The notes beneath the pieces were generated by a model. It searched no databases. It was given only the letters and a program-made list of their open reading frames with translations, and was not told the origin of the DNA. A program made the translations under genes and the position numbers. 64,000 nt of DNA from Kudoa neothunni (Eukaryota; Animalia; Cnidaria): positions 5,040,837 through 5,104,836 of the forward strand of contig OZ199839.1 of NCBI GenBank assembly GCA_964304625.1, written 5' to 3'. Position 1 is the stretch's first letter. Every line of letters starts with the position of its first letter. This document shows, in pieces, positions 27,418 to 41,285 of the stretch.

Positions 27418-28169
27418 TAAAACTTTCGTCAAAATATGATCACTCTCTTTATAACGGTGTTTCTGTATAATTGTTGTGTTCTTCCCGAATAAAGTTTCTT
27501 TGTTGCAAATGAACTTTTGTTTACATAAATAATAAACCATACATTCCTTTGATTATTCCGATGAACAATGTTTTACCAAAATTCTCTTATTTTTAAAGTT
27601 ATTGTACATTTATTATAATTTTATGAATGACTGGACATTATGTAAGATGGAACAACGTGGTTAAACACGCTGCTATTTGTTCATTAATATAAAAGATTTC
27701 ACCATTGATATTCTGATGGAGAAAGTATAAAATACAGTTAATAAAACAAGAATTTTCCAATTTATTCATTTCCTTATAAAATAACGTAGATATAGTAACA
27801 TTTTTGTGATAGAATGTTTTTAATGCGCTGAGAACGATAATATGATTAAATTTTTTATGAATCGTTAATGTTATGAATAGTAGAGGATTCTCTCAATAAT
27901 ATTGTTATCTAACTTAATTTTTTACACGTGTGACATTTTTTTCTAGTTTTATTACATTTCTAATCGAGCTATATAAATTTAAATGATTGATAACTACTTA
28001 GGATACAAGAAGTTAATTATATTAATTCATAGTGAGCAATTATAAACTGATTGTGTGTTTGTTTGTTGAACTAACGATTTATATAAAGTTTAGTACAAAA
28101 TAATTTAAATTAATGATTTTATATTGCTTTCAGTATAAATGAATAAAATACAACAGTATTCAGCAAAAT

Positions 28170-29078
28170 AATGCACTCGGAGATTAAGCCTCAACCCATT
28201 CAACACATATTCATCTAGGAATCTTCATAATGGTAATATGGTTTATCGTATGGATAGACTTGGGAATTACTTTAGCGAAAAAATATGGTAATTTATTTCA
28301 CATATTGGTGTAGTTGATTCGAAGAATCTGTGTAAAATTATTGAGAGGATTGTAGATTGTTTTGAGCTTAGGCGATTCACTTAAGGATAATTCTATTTTA
28401 GATCAGTGTATGGAAACGTCTACGTATAAAATTTTTGAGAAAAATCTAAAAACTGGACTCTCCAATCCATTTTCTATAACCAAAGCATCCCAATTGACCT
28501 CCTACAAACAAATCCATCCGTTTGATCCATGCGATAGCGACTCAAAAAGATATCAGCTGGTGTACGACGCTTGTTTAACCAGAAGTGTTCATGGTGTCAA
28601 ACGATATTTTGGATTTCTAGTAGTGCGTAATGGAACAAAGCATATTCTTCTTAGTTATCTCTCTGCTGGTAAAATCAAGAAACAAAAGTTAGATATTTCG
28701 TTGATTCGCATCATTTACCAACTAAATATTATAGTGACGACTACAACATAGTAATGACGGTAGCAGGCAGCTACATTCGACTTGAACTGATGGTTAAAGA
28801 TTTCGAAACTAATCGTTTCGTGAAAAAAAGCGAAATGATTAATTTGCTTTCCAACACTAATTGTATGAATATTTAGATCAAATATTTTTATATAACATTA
28901 TTCTGATTCTGCAGGTAAATACTTTCAGCGAATAAATCCACGCGATAAAACAATGATGTATCCTTCGTTCATTATAGGAATTATGTTCAGCGCACTGATC
29001 TATATTGGAATGTTTTTCTTCGACAAATGGGTCAACAACATTCATCTGTACGCTAAAGAGCACTACAAAGTTTCCTAA
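28170..29078 (+). CDS. Hypothetical single-pass membrane protein, multi-exon
   Basis: ORF 28362-28687 splices to DDYNIVMTVAGSYIRLELMVKDF... and to a last exon ending in a hydrophobic helix (MMYPSFIIGIMFSALIYIGMFFF) then KWVNNIHLYAKEHYKVS*. The 5' structure is uncertain. Confidence 0.5.
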
Positions 29079-29179
29079 TTGTTAACACCCTAATATAAAT
29101 ATATATAATTCTTTTAATTTGTTTATTATGTATTTAATATACACTAATACTTTTCAGCGCAAAAAAACAACAACACCGA

Positions 29180-32100
29180 TTATAGTAAACATATTCTAGA
29201 ATTTTTAATCATGTTCAAATCTATTTTGTGACCAATAAGTGTTCTAATATTGTCGATGCCATATTTGATCATAGTGGGACGTTCCAGCGAGAGGCCCCAA
29301 GCAATGACCGATACATTTTCAGGTAGTCCCATTGGGCGCAACATTTCAGGTCGGAAAACCCCACTATTTCCTATTTCAACCCATTTTTTGAGGCCTAACT
29401 CATAGTTAATGAAATTTCTATAGTTCAATCAGTCGCCAAATATTAAACTTTATATTTCGTGCTCCATCTTTATTTTAATGTACAATTTGATCGAGAAACA
29501 ATAACATAATTTTTTAAACGATTAATTTAATGTTTTTTAGAAAAATCTCTACTTTCTAAAAATTATTCATCAATATTAAAATATAAAAAACTCAACAAAA
29601 ATTAAATAACATTAAATCAGAAAGATCATGTTAAATTATATTCATTCGCTATTTAGCTTTTATAAAATATATAATTCATTATTCTTTTACTGCGCATTTA
29701 AATTTAAAAATTTGTTTATCTTTAAAATAAATAAAAATTAATGATTAATTTTAGGGTTGTACCGATATCACATGTTTTAAAACGAGTACGAGTACTCTAA
29801 ATTCCGGTACTCGCCTATACCCATTCCGATACCATGTTCTACGCATGTCCACATTGTAAATTTCAATTGTTTTAGGCGTTTGTTGAATTCTAATGAGATT
29901 AAGTCAGAATTTTTAGTCATTCAAAAAAAGTTTTATTTCTCTAAAATTTACTGATTTTACTTAATAAGGGAACCTAACTGATTGTATTATCGGTCAGTAA
30001 AATATTAATTTTCTCAAATGTTTTGCTATCCATCACATGGATACTAGTTAATTCAGTAAGTTAAAATAAGTATTTAGCGCGAGATTGGTAATTTTTTTTT
30101 ATGAACACATCAAACCATGAGTAATATATTTTATCAGAAAATTAAATTGTTCGCTTGCTATATTCTTATGATACTAACGCGAACTGTCCAGCGTTGCTTA
30201 GGGAAGATTTCGCATAGAGTCGTTTCTTAATAACGTTCAAAAAAATATTGTTTCAAATTGATTTATAGAAGCAGTCAACCTAAATTTTTTTAAGCATCAT
30301 ACTTTGCCGATTTTGATTTCGAAATTTAAATCATGATCATTTCTGTGCTGGAGTGTATCAATCCTGGTTTTTAATTAATAATTTCTTGTCCCAGCACCAA
30401 CGCTAAATAATTTAAGGCAGTATCATATTTATTTTCGTTCCAGAATTATTTAAACTCTCTTAAAGTGCAATCTAATCTGTTATTTTTTAGCCCAGGGGAT
30501 TTTTAAAGTTGAATTCTGGACCGGCTCACGAAAATATGTGCACCACTAATTTTTTAAGGGATAAAAATTGAAAAAGTAATAGGGACGAAGAAACACAAGA
30601 AAATTAATTTTTATTTCTCAAATTAATATCCCTCGACCCCGCAGAAACTTTAATGCGCTTTTTTCAACAAGCATTGGATTATTTTGTTTGTTTCTTAGTT
30701 ATTAACTCAAAAATTATTTATTATTACTATTTGGATTTAAATATTATTGATATATAACAATTTTATATAAACTAACTTTGAAAATAAACTTTTTGCAAAT
30801 TTTACAAAACATCTCATTTTTCATTATAATAAAAATACTTTGTGAACTTTTAAATACAGATATTAATGTAGTAAGATTTGTTTTATTAAATTTTTTATTA
30901 GAAATTAAGAAATTGTTCAGTTTTTATTATTATAATTCAGGAACCTAACTTTTAAAAATGATTATATTAATTTTTTCTACCTTGAGGTATGTGTAAAACA
31001 TTGAAAAAAAATTTAAACTATATTTTTATTGTTTTATAAATTTTTATATATGTCAAAACTTCCTGACAACAAATTCGGCAAAATATACTAATTGTGAATA
31101 TTTCAAGATGTAAACACAATATGTTAACTAAAGTTATTATTTTTGGTGGTACACATATAATAGGCTAAAATTAACAAATTTATGGAAATAACAATTCTTT
31201 GGAGTTATAGTAACAACATTTTTACGTTCATCGAATGTTATACTAAACACACATGTAAGAATTCCTCCTAAAAAGTAATAACTTCCTATAACCTACCGTA
31301 AGTTATTTCCCTATTGAAATTAAAAGTTCATCTAAAATATAATGTTGATTAATTATTAAAAAACCCATCAGCTCCAAGGAAATTAATAAAATGTATTTTG
31401 AGAGCACGTGTTTGTCTTCTCGCTTTTAAACTATTCATGCTTAAAACCTATATAATTAAATTTTATATTGTAAAATTTGTGTTTATATAGTAAAAATATG
31501 AAATAAAACCAATTTATGAATGATTATCAAAACAAATTAGAGATCAATTCAATTTTTGTTGAAAAAAGATGGAGATTACATGTCCGACCACGTTCGGATG
31601 AAAAATTCTCAAAATTTTAAAGTTATTATTTTGAGCGGAATTCTCGCTCTACGCATTTTTTTATTTTATTATCAAGAGTCATGAAAAAAGAGATCTGGAA
31701 AACATGCGCAAGACGACGTTTTTTTAGGTGCCGCATACTTTACCATTACCTGATATTTTATTGACACGCCTAATGAATATTGCAAACCTAATATGTTTTT
31801 CGTACTATTCAATGGCGAAATGCATAAAGATTTATGACAATGTAAGAATAATTTCAAAGAGCCCATCTAAAGATATCTTGATACATTTTAATGTAATTTG
31901 GCTCACAATTCTGAATTATACACTGGTTCTAAACAACGAAATTTTATAGCTATCGGTTTTAAGTATTTGTACCTTTTGGTGGGTACCGAATACTGATCCA
32001 AATATGGTATCGGGAAACCCTAATTAATTTCAGCCGTGCACACGCGCATAAATTAATATGGCGATAAAAATAAATTCTTAACAGTTTAACGCACGAAAAT

Positions 32101-34015
32101 CAGTCTATAATTAATTCCTTATCCATATTCCTCCATAAATTAATAAATATATTTTCTAACAGTAATTTAAGAATATTTTTTTTAATTAATAACAAAATTT
32201 TTTATTAAAATATATTTTCGCCTATTATCGAAGTTTAAACAAATACAGAGATAGAGGACGATAAAGTTAACATATCAACGAGTACTTACCTTCGTGATAA
32301 CTAAAAATCTCCATGCTGGGCTCAGTATAAGGATTGTAAGCTGGTTTATATCGCAATTTAATAATACCTATTAATTAAAATGCAAAATTATCATAATCGA
32401 GCCAATTTCATTTCACATCTAAAATGGGGCCTAAAATTAGCCAATTACCCAGTTGTTTAAAAAAGGCATCCAATACGCCAATCAAATTTCCCAATGATAA
32501 CCCATAATCAGCAATTAAACCTTCCACTTGATGGAACTCGGCCAAATGAGTCGCATCAGTAGATTCATTGCGAAATACACGATCGATTGAAAAATATTTT
32601 TTGGGAACAAACTCAGGTTGTTTAGCCAATTTGAACAACATCCTTGCACTTACCGCTGTGGTGTGTGTTCTCAGAATAAGTTTCTTTGCTTCATCCACAC
32701 TCCAATCAACATTAAAACTTAAATATTATCATTTAAATGGTCTTTCTAAACTAAAGACAAAAGTAGGAATACCCTTGAGAACCATAACCGCCATTTTCGT
32801 GAACATTTTTCACTCGTTCCACATATTCCTTAGGAACATCTCCAAACGTGCTCATTGATGGTTCTATTGTCTGTCAAAAATCGTTGATACAATCGAAATA
32901 CCTTTAAGGAAAAATGTATCATGGGCATCACGAGCAGAATGTTGCTGTGGTTGAAACAATGCATCAAAATTCCAGAATGAACTTTCAACATAATTGTTGG
33001 TAGGCATCTCCTCAAATCTATATGCCCATTAAACAATACATCAACATCCCACAACTACCCCATATTTATAAACAGTTTAATAAACTCATTCCTCATCTCA
33101 AGCAGAGGATGCAAAGATCCTTCGCATGGATCTATTCCTAATGCTTCAAAATTATATTCCTTGAATTGCTTAGTCTTCCAAGCATCACTATTGTTATTTG
33201 TGAAACAATTAAACAAACAAAATTAAACTTGACGAGTAATGCATCAGTGAGATCGGTCTCAGGAGTTTCAATTGACAGCGTGAATTTAGGACCTTTGGAC
33301 AAGATAAATTTTTTTGTTACCCTTTTTAAAGTATTGACTGAAATCTAATCTTAGATTCGAATACTTTTTAAGGATTAATTTTCTTTTCTTTAGTACATTC
33401 AATTTATCGCTAGGAATGTTTTCATAGTCGTTTTGATGTATTTTGGTTAATAATAATCGAGTAGAGTCTTCGACATTCTCAACCTATTGCAAAAATGACG
33501 TATAGATTATACCTATATTCATTTGTGTGCATGAGTTCATTTATACCTTTCTAACGACAAGAGATCCTTTGGGAGAGTTTTTATCTAACTGAACCCAACC
33601 TTCGGTCATCGCTTTTGAAAATCCAACCATAGCGTTTGGTCCTAAACTCTATAAAACTTTTAGAATCGATTTTCAATGTGTAAATTGACTTTAATTTCGC
33701 TCTGTAAAAGTCCTTCTTTTGGAACTTGTTGGTACAATAAAAACTCGTGACTCCCCTTGAGCATCATTTCCTGTGCTTCGTCACTTAAAACCCAATTTTC
33801 AACCGTCTCCTGTTTATAATTTATCATCTATAAAAAATCAATTATATAATGAAATTGATGACCACGTTTACCTCTGGAATGCACTCTAACTTTAGAACTA
33901 TGCCAACAACCGCTTGGTGGTCTACAGATTTTGTTCTGCTGAACTCATACGAATCAACATACTTAGATCTATCAATCTCTTCCAAGAAACATTGTAGCAA
34001 ATGGTCTGAATTCAT
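29180..34015 (-). CDS. FARSA: Phenylalanyl-tRNA synthetase alpha subunit, cytoplasmic
   Basis: [91 protein letters not shown]|[11 protein letters not shown]...[11 protein letters not shown]; the last intron is about 2.9 kb. Confidence 0.97.
29752..32022. mobile_element. Non-autonomous hAT-type element inside the last FARSA intron
   Basis: Imperfect TIRs TAGGGTTGTACCGATA / TATCGGGAAACCCTA flanked by an exact 8-bp TSD ATTAATTT (29744-29751 and 32023-32030). Confidence 0.8.
30174..30570 (-). mobile_element. Helitron 3' fragment nested in the hAT element; diverged inverted copy of about 35170-35567
   Basis: CTAACGCGAACTGTCCAGCGTTGCTTAGGGAAGATTTCGC aligns to the reverse complement of 35525-35567; 30480-30565 aligns to 35170-35260. 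Confidence 0.7.
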
Positions 34016-34720
34016 ATTTTTTATAAAATAGCACACTATCTAACTTCGTTGATAATCGTCACGGCTCGTAAAAATAAAGTATGCTTTATAAATTCATTTT
34101 AGTGTAAATTATTGACTAAAATAAAAACTTAAGTAAGTTCTAAATATTTTTTAATGAAATAGATGAAGCAATATCTGAAAATTGTGTCGTTTGGAATAAT
34201 TAGCATTATATTCACTTAATGATTGAGTTTTCTCAAATTGAACACTTAAATACTATAATATCGTTATTTAACTTTATAGAAAATTATTATTATTTAAAAT
34301 ATTAAATTCCTATGATGGCTGATTTTTAAAATAATAACATTCTAATCACTAGATATTAGATTAATTATAAATCCTTTATATATATAAAAGAGGACTGTCG
34401 GTATGTTTGTTTGTGTGTGTGTATGTATGCCCCTAAGTACGCATATGCGGATAATTTTTTTCCCTTATAGAGAGCCATATATAAAATTTTTATAAATTTG
34501 CGATATTTAAACAAATCGTTTAATTGTTTTCGGACGACGAAAGTTTCCAAAAAGTATTTATGAAATAGTGATTTTGTCGATTTAAAGTTTGTTTTTCGGA
34601 TTAAATGGGTTCAACTACAGGATTAGCACTTGCTTATTTCATGGTTATTATGGTCGGTTGAAGTTAACTATCTCCTTTATATGCTCCATCATATGTTCAT
34701 TAACTGCTTCTATCTATCTA

Positions 34721-35567
34721 TCTTTATATATAAGGTTGGCGTTTCTATTTGGGTGTCTGTTTAAACACACTCCTTATTTGCGGAGTTTTAACGTATATGA
34801 CTTGATAAGTATATTTTATAAGTTCTATTAATGGTTTTCAACGTGGTAAAAAATCTATATATGTTTCATAAATAACGAATTCGTGGAGAACTTTAAAGTT
34901 ACGTTGATTGAAGCGTTATAATGGAAATACTGCGTTCATAGGCTTCATTAAATTGTCCGCTAAGTTTTACTTTACGTGATTAAGTTCAATGCGGATGGTT
35001 GTACTTTTATTTCACCAAATTATTTAAATTGTTTATGTTGAAATCGACGCAATTTGTGGCTGTTTATGATAAAAGCGCATGTATGTTTATGCCGAGCTAA
35101 ACGATGCTAATTTTAGCAATATCGATTAATTTTCATAAGTTTTCTTCTATCTCTTTTATTTTTTCTATTTTTTTATCTCTTAAAAAGTTAGTGATGCACC
35201 CAGTTATCGAGCCAGGCCAGAATTCGACTTTTAAAAATCCTCCAGGCCAAAAAATAACGTTTTAGATAACACTTTAACGGGATTTAAATAATTCGGAATG
35301 AAAAAAATACAACGTTGACCTTAACTTGTTTAGCGTTGATGCCGAGCCACGAAATTTTTAAATGGACGCAGGGATTGATACTTTCCTTCACAGAAATTAT
35401 CATAATTTAAATTGCATAATCCAAATCGTTATAGCAAGTTGCTTAAAAATTTTTAGTTATTTAGTTTCTATGGGTTAATTCGAGTTTTAAATATATTTTT
35501 TGAATGCTATTAAAAAAATTCCTCCAGGCGAAATCTTCCCCAAGCAACGCTGGGCAGTTCCAGCTAG
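34721..35567 (+). mobile_element. Non-autonomous Helitron
   Basis: 5' A|TCTTTATATATAAGG followed by a GTGTCTGTTT tract; 3' hairpin CCCAAGC-AAC-GCTGGG then CTAG|T. A second Helitron-like 5' start (TCCTTTATATATATAAAAG...GTTTGTTTGTGTGTG) lies at about 34372. Confidence 0.7.
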
Positions 35568-36499
35568 TAAGAAGTAACTATAAGAAATAAGTTTGCGTAA
35601 TTTATTTTAAATTCTTTTAATAAATAGAAATAATTCGTTTGCCAATTTAATGTTGATTTTGAAAAAATTATTTTATTGGCAGTAAATTAAAGGAATTAAC
35701 TTAGCGTTATGCTTATAAAATGGAATAATTTACGATTTTTTTCTTGCGTAATATTTTTTATGTAATAAATAAAAGTTTGTTAGGATAAGAATACTTTGGA
35801 AAGCCTTACTTTGATTCTTTATTTGGATTTTTTAGAGATTTTAAAAAGGTCAATATGATTTATTTGTCCTATTATTTGATCTAGAAATAAGAAATAATTC
35901 CTATAATTTCTTTTATCGTGTGCCAAATAAGTTTATAGATTTTTCGGATTAATTTACTCTCGAATCATCAATTATTTCTCACACTTTCTCATTAAAATGT
36001 GTAGTTTAGTGGCGCATAAACTTTTAAGTTGGGTTAAAAATCGACCTTTTAAGACTTTTAAGATCAACAAAGATAAAGTTACACTTAAGATTCTTGATAA
36101 AACGAGAATAAACTGCGAAGAAATAAAATATTCATCTTGAATTATTTGATGTTGGTTTTTAGCCATTAGATTGCAAATTAGAGACCGGGATTAATGCATC
36201 CTTGGGATAATTAATCTTTATTTAACAGAAATTTATAAAATTTGAATAGACCACCAGTTTCTAAAAGCTCCTAACGAACCTTCAGATAGTCGAAAATTTA
36301 TCATATATGAAGTGATTTATATATGCTTGTATTTTTATAAAATTTATTCGACTGGTAAAAAATTAGTATATTTATTTAAAATGCTCAAAATATGATGATA
36401 TTTATATCTGGGGAATTTTTGTTTTAAAATTTTGTAGGTTTAAAATATTTTTTACAATTATACTGTGATTTTGGCACAACAATCCATCGTTTTCGTATT

Positions 36500-38227
36500 G
36501 AAATCAGTGGCTAGCTCCCATAAAAATTGCGTATATGACGAACAGATGGGCGGATTCTTGCCTCTCGCATCGTGACAGTGTAAGTTACAAATTCAGTCTT
36601 AAATACTGATAAGGTTACTTCTTCTGTCCTGCTCGTACTTATTCCAAATGGAAGCTGGGGTTGAATTTTAGGCTCATTATTCTCTTTGGTGCACTTGCAA
36701 CTATAGTTTAATACGGGATGAAAAGGGTCGGATTAGACGTTTCAACCGTCTTAGGATGTATTAGGTTATAAAATCTTGCTTGAAATCCCACAGAGACAAT
36801 AGTCAACATTCTTAGAGTTGAAGAGTTATGATTTCATTTGGCGGCTCCCCAAAAAAAGAATACTTAATGTATTAAGTTCTCACACTATAGTATAAATATA
36901 AGGGGAGGAGTCACATGTGACTCGTTGAGTGATTACAGCTGGGGTTAAAAGAGTTGATACGTTTTAAAGTCAATGAGTTTCAAGGTAGAATTATTATAAG
37001 TGCATGCCACATAATGAGATAATGCGTTAAAGACTTGACGCAAAATATCCACTCATATCCCTCAAATAGTTCAAAATGAATATAACGAATTACAATAATT
37101 ATTCGAAATCAAGCACCAGATGATATTGTATCTCTTCTGCGCAAGATGGTTGTCTCTTGAGCATGAAATTCAGAAAATATTGGAGGAATGGACAAGTCTC
37201 ACAAGGTTGGAACACCATAAAATTGTTCTAAACTGGCATCTAGAATCTTTGCATGAATCTTTAAACCCATAAACAAAATGTACTGTGCATTTTTTAACTT
37301 TTATCTTACCCATGGTCAATATACTCAACGTTAAATTATAAGATGTAAGTTCAGAGTTCATTAACCAAGGAATTATTTTGAAAATATTTTTAAAGTGAAA
37401 CTTAAAAAACTTTTTTGAGAAGAAGTCTGATCAAAAAATAACACCTGGAGCTTGAATTTTAAATACCCCTCAAATTATATTTTACCGGATAAGTTTTATT
37501 ATAGGTGGAAAAAAGAATCAACCTTAGAATGAAAATACTACTGGAATAAGTACTCAAAATTTTTTTCACTTTCTTACCAAAACTCTATTTCTATTTACCA
37601 CTGACGAAACAAATATTTCAAAGGTTTTTGATTATAACCCTATCAAAGATATTTCCAAATATTATTGCCGAAGATAAACATTTAAGCTTGGAAATTTAAT
37701 AGATAGAAATTAGCCTGGAGAATAACGATCATTTTGTTGAAAAAGACCCAGATAAATTTTGGTATGTGGTCTCCAATGAAAGAAGAGGAGAAACTTTAAG
37801 TATCGATGACTGTCAAAATTAATGCTGTCTTTACTTGCTTCGTCTGGATCTGCTGACAGATTATTTTCATTAGTGATTAAAAACAAAGTTAATAAGTAGA
37901 TCTATATTGGACGATGAAACAATAAATGCTCAACTACATTCTGAGTGTTTACTGGGAGACGCCAGCGCCTGAGATGGGATCCGTCTGACCAATTAAGTAA
38001 AATTATGGAAAAAGTAAACCTATATGATGAGGAGGACAGTGATAATGAATTTAACATTTAGATACATAGATAGATCCTATCAATTATTTTTTCTGTTTCA
38101 ATTAGTTTAATGTTGTTTGATTTATATTTTTTGTGTTATTTTTAAAATATGGTATGGTATCTTGTGAAAATTTTAATACGATTTTAAATTTTTTGGTACG
38201 ATTTACCAAAATCGTCTGGCAACCTTG
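36500..38227 (+). pseudogene. Degenerate hAT transposase remnant with one terminal repeat
   Basis: SACHIMR*CVKD (hAT C..H motif) near 37000, dimerisation-domain-like SGSADRLFS near 37845-37870, terminal CTGGCAACCTTG similar to the reverse complement of the hAT TIR CAGGGTTGCCAG; many stops. Confidence 0.6.
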
Positions 38228-39471
38228 ATTACAGCGTCGTGAAGACGACCTAACGAACTCTAAATTCTTATCTTAGGAGCTGTTCCAGGGACTTACTTGA
38301 TTAACTAAATGATTAAAACACATAATTTTAAACTTCATCTACATTATTGTTAAAACCAAAGATATTATCTAAACGACCTAAATCTGCAAACCTAAATAAA
38401 AACCCATTGCCCTATACTTCAAGTCATTTAGATTAGTGCTTTTGGTCTGTGATAATTATTTGTAAGACGATAGAATTAAATTAAAGCCAAATAATCTATG
38501 AAGTTAACTTTATTGTAGAAAATAAAAGACCAAGGCTTATCTTTCCATATAAAGTTTCTTATCAAGCGAATGCGACTTATGTGTTATGCTAACAGTGTTC
38601 AAATCTGTATGGGATAAATCATTCAAAACCTGGAAATAAACAATTTTTTAAATATTTATTGCTAGAATTATTTAGAAATGAGCGCAGAAAATTAAAAAAA
38701 TGCTATTTTAACGTGTTGGAAGTGGTTTAGGAATTATGGCAAGAGCCTGATGAAGATTTACCAATAAACAGATGATGAACTTTTTGTTAAAAAAATATTA
38801 TAACCAAACATTAAATAGCATTATGCAAAGGATGAAAATTTTATCAAATAATTCGAATTGGGAGTTCGACGATACTCAAGTTACCTTTGATTTATCAGTT
38901 AAACTGAAACTTTAAGTCCTACTAAAAATATTACTTTAATAAATGTGAAAAAAATATATTCATTCATTACTTTTATATTGATTCAAAATAAACGATAATT
39001 TACTTATGATTGATAATTTGAGGATTAACCCCCTGTAATATGGATATTGCGTTCAATTTCTTATTTAGACCTATAATAACCAAACCATAGTCTCAATTTA
39101 ACCACTATCACATTTGATATTATGTAAACCCTTTTAATGTGAGAATATTGAGGTGTTATATTATCGAATAAAGCCCATCCCATAAAACCAAAGTCTGGAC
39201 ATAAGAAACCTACGCTGATGTTTATGATGATAATCAATTCAATATGTGAAACCATTTATAATTAAGTAGATAAAATGGGGAAAATAAGTATTTCGATTGT
39301 ATGCAAATGTTCCAATGAAAGTAATACACTAGATCAAACCACATATTTAGTCTAGGATAAGAAATGTGTAAGAGGGGCTGATCAATATTTAGGCTCACTG
39401 TAAGCAGATTATCCATGTGATAATTCAAATTTAACAAGCTTCATTTTATCACATAGCGAATTGGGAAAATA

Positions 39472-40370
39472 ATGGAAAATTTTGAAAATGATGCAAGTTC
39501 TCTAAAAGAACATGATGACTTTGTCGAGGCTGACTATAAAGATGACAACGATGATATTATCGAACAAACAATCGATTATCAGTAACTATGATCAAATATT
39601 CCTAAGTATAATTTGTTACAACAAAAGAATTAAACAAGGTGAAATCAAACGAAACCATCTGTGTGAGTTTTAGCCTGGAATGTATCATATCAATGTACAA
39701 AAATCTCTACTATGAAATAAGGTATCAAATGGCTCATTATTTGTCTACTGAGACCGAGAATCCAATTTTAAAAAGTAACGATATTCAAAACAAAATATTT
39801 ATGATAACTCTCATGGTAAATCGATTATTCTTTGTTGTTATCGATAGATCACAAATAGGTTTCCTACAAAGTGTGCGATGCAACCTATGACAAATTATTC
39901 CGTGTGATAGAGGACGTGATAGGAGCTGCTTCTGAATCCAACGAGAAAAATGCCATCATCGCAGATACCTGTCATAACCTTAGAATGTTTTTAAAATCAG
40001 AAGGCAGCTTTTTACGATAAGTATACTCTGTTTGTGGTAGGCTTGAGTTTTTATTTGATCCTACGTATATATATACAAAAAAATAGAAAACTAGAGATAT
40101 TCTTAAAAAAGATTTTTTTCGGCGGATTGGATATAATCAGCCTGGTCAAAAATGGAGCATCTGATTCATAAATGTGTCGAGTGCTGCTGGGCAATGGTGA
40201 CATTTTATCCAAAACTTAAACTGGAATTCAAAACTCAAAAATTTGATGTTGAATCTCATTCAAGATTTCACAAGTCTGCCGAAAGTGATCAAATCCTTGA
40301 ATTTCAATTGCCAACGCTCCTTAATCATGATGCTACCAAAGTTTATTTCAAAGGAATTGTGGTCACCTAA
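39472..40370 (+). CDS. MIEAP/SPATA18-like protein, multi-exon, with apparent frameshifts
   Basis: C-terminal LIHKCVECCWAMVTFYPKLKL...FDVESHSRF...LPTLL...YFKGIVVT* fits the MIEAP C-terminal domain pattern; acidic N-terminal exon; frame breaks near 40010 and 40113-40152. Confidence 0.6.
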
Positions 40371-40855
40371 TCAACTTTGGTTTGAATCTGTCGTCAAAAT
40401 GTTTAATTTTTGAATTTCAACATTTTTCATTTTTCCCATTTCAAACGCAATAATATATTAGAACGTTTTTTTACAAACCATAAAGTTTGATGGCGTAAAT
40501 CATTTTTTTTAATTTCCTATCAATATTTCATTCTACCTTTTTAATTTTAAAAGGATAATATGGGACATTTTATCCAGCAAAAAACGTAGTAAATTCGAAT
40601 ATGATCAAATAAATGATAATAATAATGGTTAATTTTATATCACGGAAATGGTCCACGTCATGTAGTGGGTTATTATCATATAGTAAAGGATTTATTTTGT
40701 TATAAATGTCACAATCTTTTTCAATAATAAATCACTTGCTTTGTTTATTCTTTGTATGCGGAATATTAAAAAATAGTAAAGTCTAAATTAAACTAATACA
40801 ATTACATTTGTTTTTTAAAATTTAATTTTTTTTAAATCCATTTTTTATACACATG

Positions 40856-41285
40856 TAGACTTGCAAATTTTGGGATTTTCATTAAAAAAATTTTTTTTAT
40901 ATTATTCGTTTTCATTTTAATTTGAGAAGTAATTAACATTCTTAGATCAATTTTGTGCTGTGCTTGGGTATGTTTATGAATTCTCTTATCAATAATTAAT
41001 AAACATTTTCCTCAAAAGTAAACGTACTTTTTCATTTGATGATCCTGTTTTTATAATCCGTCTGCATCCACCATCATCATTCAACATATATGAAAGAAGG
41101 CACACAGCTTCTTGTTTATTTGGTTGGAAGTCGGTGAGCGAATCGAAATGCATTTGGAGTACTCGGAAAAAGATCATCATAATCGTCACTGTTACAGTAT
41201 TTCATATTTTAATATAAATATTTGGTGAAAAATCTAACTGTTATCAAAATTTGTTTCCCAGAAAATCCCGAAATTTGCAAGTCTA
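40856..41285 (-). mobile_element. hAT-derived MITE (430 bp)
   Basis: 25-bp TIRs TAGACTTGCAAATTTYGGGATTTTC (1 mismatch); exact 8-bp TSD TACACATG (40848-40855, 41286-41293); internal BED-finger-like remnant (HFD...AVC...GCRRIIKTGSS). Confidence 0.88.

Noticed and set aside
39061-39437. Hydrophobic minus-strand ORFs (small gene or NUMT)
   Set aside because: No consistent frame, splice model or recognisable mitochondrial protein motif.
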